Assembly (NCBI GenBank): GCA_965213685.1
Contig: CBDBZY010000041.1
Span: forward strand, 524,778-588,777
Length of the DNA: 64,000 nt
Direction of reading: 5' to 3'
Source: a bacterium
Lineage (GTDB): Bacteria > UBA8248
Both the position numbers and the translations under genes were made by a program. Shown piece by piece: positions 61,997 to 64,000 of this stretch (positions are counted from its first letter, which is position 1; each line of letters starts with the position of its first letter). A model generated the notes under the pieces. That model had not been told where the DNA came from. It did no database searches and saw nothing but the letters and a program-made list of their open reading frames with translations.

Positions 61997-62779
61997 TTAG
62001 GCAGTGTGCTGCGTAGTGCCCTTTCCTGTTGCACCGGTTGCACGTAGCGTCTTTCGCCGGGCATCTCTCGCGAGGGTGGGGCTCTTTTCCACAGTGAGTG
62101 CACGTCCTGTGCTGGAGTTTGTCTCTGGGGTTCCTGCTGCGGTCTCCTCGGTTGGGGTTGCTCTGCGGTGTCCTCTGTTGGACGGCGTCGGGCGTCGGCG
62201 AGAGTGGAGCTGCTCGAGGTCGGCGGTGTTCGAGGTGGGCGGGGCTTTCAGAGCTTTTTGCTGCTGCCCTACTGCCTCTCGCTGTCGGATCTTCGTTTGG
62301 GCTTTCTCGAGGGTTAACTCCGGATCGAGCTGAAGCTGTTGCGACAGTGCGACGTCTCGAATGCCCACGACGAGTCGATCTCGGATCATCTCGTCCCTCA
62401 TTGCTCCGTAGTCACAGGTGTCTGCCAGTGCGTATAGCTCCGTGATGTATTTTTCGGCGGTTTCTCCTTCCCTTTGGTTCCGTCTGTTGAATCGTGCTCT
62501 CTCGTAGATGACGTTCCGCCGTACTTGGAAGTAGCCGTCGAACTTGCCGAGGACTGTGTTGTAGGTCTTGTGCTCTTCTTCCGTGATGCCTGTGGATGCG
62601 AGGACGTCTTCCGCTTCTTCTCCGATGCAGTAGAGGAGAGTGCTGACTTGCTGCGTGTCCTCGGAGCTACCGAGTCCGGATGCGACGCGATAGTGCTCAA
62701 AGCGGCGTCGCCATCGCGGCCAGTCGTCGGGGTTCCTGAAGTTGAAGGGCTCGGGGGCCTGGAGGTGAAGTGCTGCCAT
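61997..62779 (-). CDS. Gypsy Gag
   Basis: WPRWRRRFEHYRVASGL, IYERARFNRRNQ, IRDRLVVGIRD. Frameshift before the zinc knuckles. Confidence 0.8.
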   Translation of the reverse strand: MAALHLQAPEPFNFRNPDDWPRWRRRFEHYRVASGLGSSEDTQQVSTLLYCIGEEAEDVLASTGITEEEHKTYNTVLGKFDGYFQVRRNVIYERARFNRRNQREGETAEKYITELYALADTCDYGAMRDEMIRDRLVVGIRDVALSQQLQLDPELTLEKAQTKIRQREAVGQQQKALKAPPTSNTADLEQLHSRRRPTPSNRGHRRATPTEETAAGTPETNSSTGRALTVEKSPTLARDARRKTLRATGATGKGTTQHTA

Positions 62780-64000
62780 TCTCCTTTTGGGCTATAGTTG
62801 CGCACCGCTGCCACCATGTATTGTTGTCTTTGACTTGGCCGAGAGTAATACTCGATAACTGATTATTTACTTATGCACAGTACATTTATACAAGACTGCA
62901 CTACCAAATAAAGTATACAGCCATATAGTAAAGGATATACGGATAGGTGACTAGAGTAACTCTAAGGAACTAACACATTAACAGTTATACAGTAACATAC
63001 GGTACCAAGTATGATCTAAGTGTTAATACATAGTGTTCATTCCACAGGCTGCATTCAAATTTCTTCCTTACCCCTCCCTCCCCTCTTTCTCCTCACCCCC
63101 CTTCCTCCCCCTCTTTCCTTCCCTCCCTCTTCTCAATCCTTACATCTCCCCCACCTCCCTCCCCCTTCCCCCTTCCATCCTTCCCTTTACCTTCCCCCCT
63201 CCCTCCCCCCTCCCCTCTCCCTCAACCTCCACCTCCCTTCCTCATTCTTCCCTCATACTTCCCTTCCTCTCTCTCTTTTCTCTTGCCCACCCTCCCCCAC
63301 TCCCTCACCTTCCCCCTCTCTCACTTCTCCCCTCATTTCTTCTCATACTCCCCTCACCCTCACCCTCCCTCCCCCTCCCTCCCTTCCTCCCTGCCTCCCC
63401 CTCCCTCCCCGTCCCTCCCTTCTTCCCTACCTCCCCCTCCCTCACCCTCCCTCCCTCCCCCCTCCCCTCCCCCCTCCCCTCCTCTCTCCCTTTATCCCCC
63501 CCCCCCCCCCTCCCTCCTCCCTTCTCCCCTGCCTTTTCTTCACCCCTTCCCCCCCCCCCTCCTCCTCCTTCCTCTCTCTCCTCCCTCTCCCCATCCCTCC
63601 TTCCTCTCCCTCCTCCTCTCCCTTCCTATTCTCAACCTCCACCTCCCTTCCTTATTCTTCTTTCCTCATACTTCCCTGCCTCTCTCTCTTTCTCTTGCCC
63701 CACTTCCCCCTCCTCTCTCCCCCCTACCCCCCTCCCCCTCTCCCCCCTTCCTCCTCTTCCACCTCTCCCCCCTCCCCCCTCCCCCCTCCCACTTATCCCT
63801 TTCCCCTTTACCTTCTCTCTCTCCCTTGTTCACCCTCCATCCCTCTCTCGTATATACCTCCCTCCTCTTCTTGTCCCTTCATCCTTCCTTCCTCCCACTC
63901 CCTTCCACACTCTCTCTCCTCTCCCATTACATATGTTTCCACACTACTAGAGATAGTTATCACTACATGTAAATCACCCACTGCAGTACCTGCTCATCCT

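Larger units (their letters stand above)
59945..63046 (-). mobile_element. Ty3/Gypsy LTR retrotransposon with internal deletions
   Basis: TG..CA ends and 5-bp TSD ggctg (empty site ~18550). 5' LTR 62817-63046. PBS TGGTGGCAGCGGTG (tRNA-Leu type). 3' LTR remnant 59945-60030. Confidence 0.93.

Overview
Eukaryotic, intron-containing DNA, most likely from a demosponge (inferred from the (GGGA)n and TACATG-rich introns and the gene family content). The window is a tandem array with a period of roughly 20 kb, and all host genes lie on the minus strand. Each unit pairs a kinase/coiled-coil/Kelch gene with a mosaic locus. There are two complete 4-exon kinase-Kelch genes (5064-8042 and 35179-44686), one Kelch exon with no kinase (16189-17145) and one copy that runs off the window end (57530 onward). 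The mosaic locus begins with a nearly invariant CTR9 promoter and exon 1, continues through decayed CTR9 exons and captured exons (one DOCK-like), and ends in a P2X-receptor TM2 terminal exon. The four Kelch exons are all open and differ mainly in the loops that form the binding face of the propeller, which suggests a diversifying intracellular receptor-kinase family. Transposons include an intact hAT nested in a Gypsy, a second Gypsy with TSD and PBS, a Penelope element with a hammerhead ribozyme, a second Penelope-type RT remnant, CACTA-like remnants, many MITEs and tRNA-derived SINEs. All calls come from reading by eye and no searches were run.
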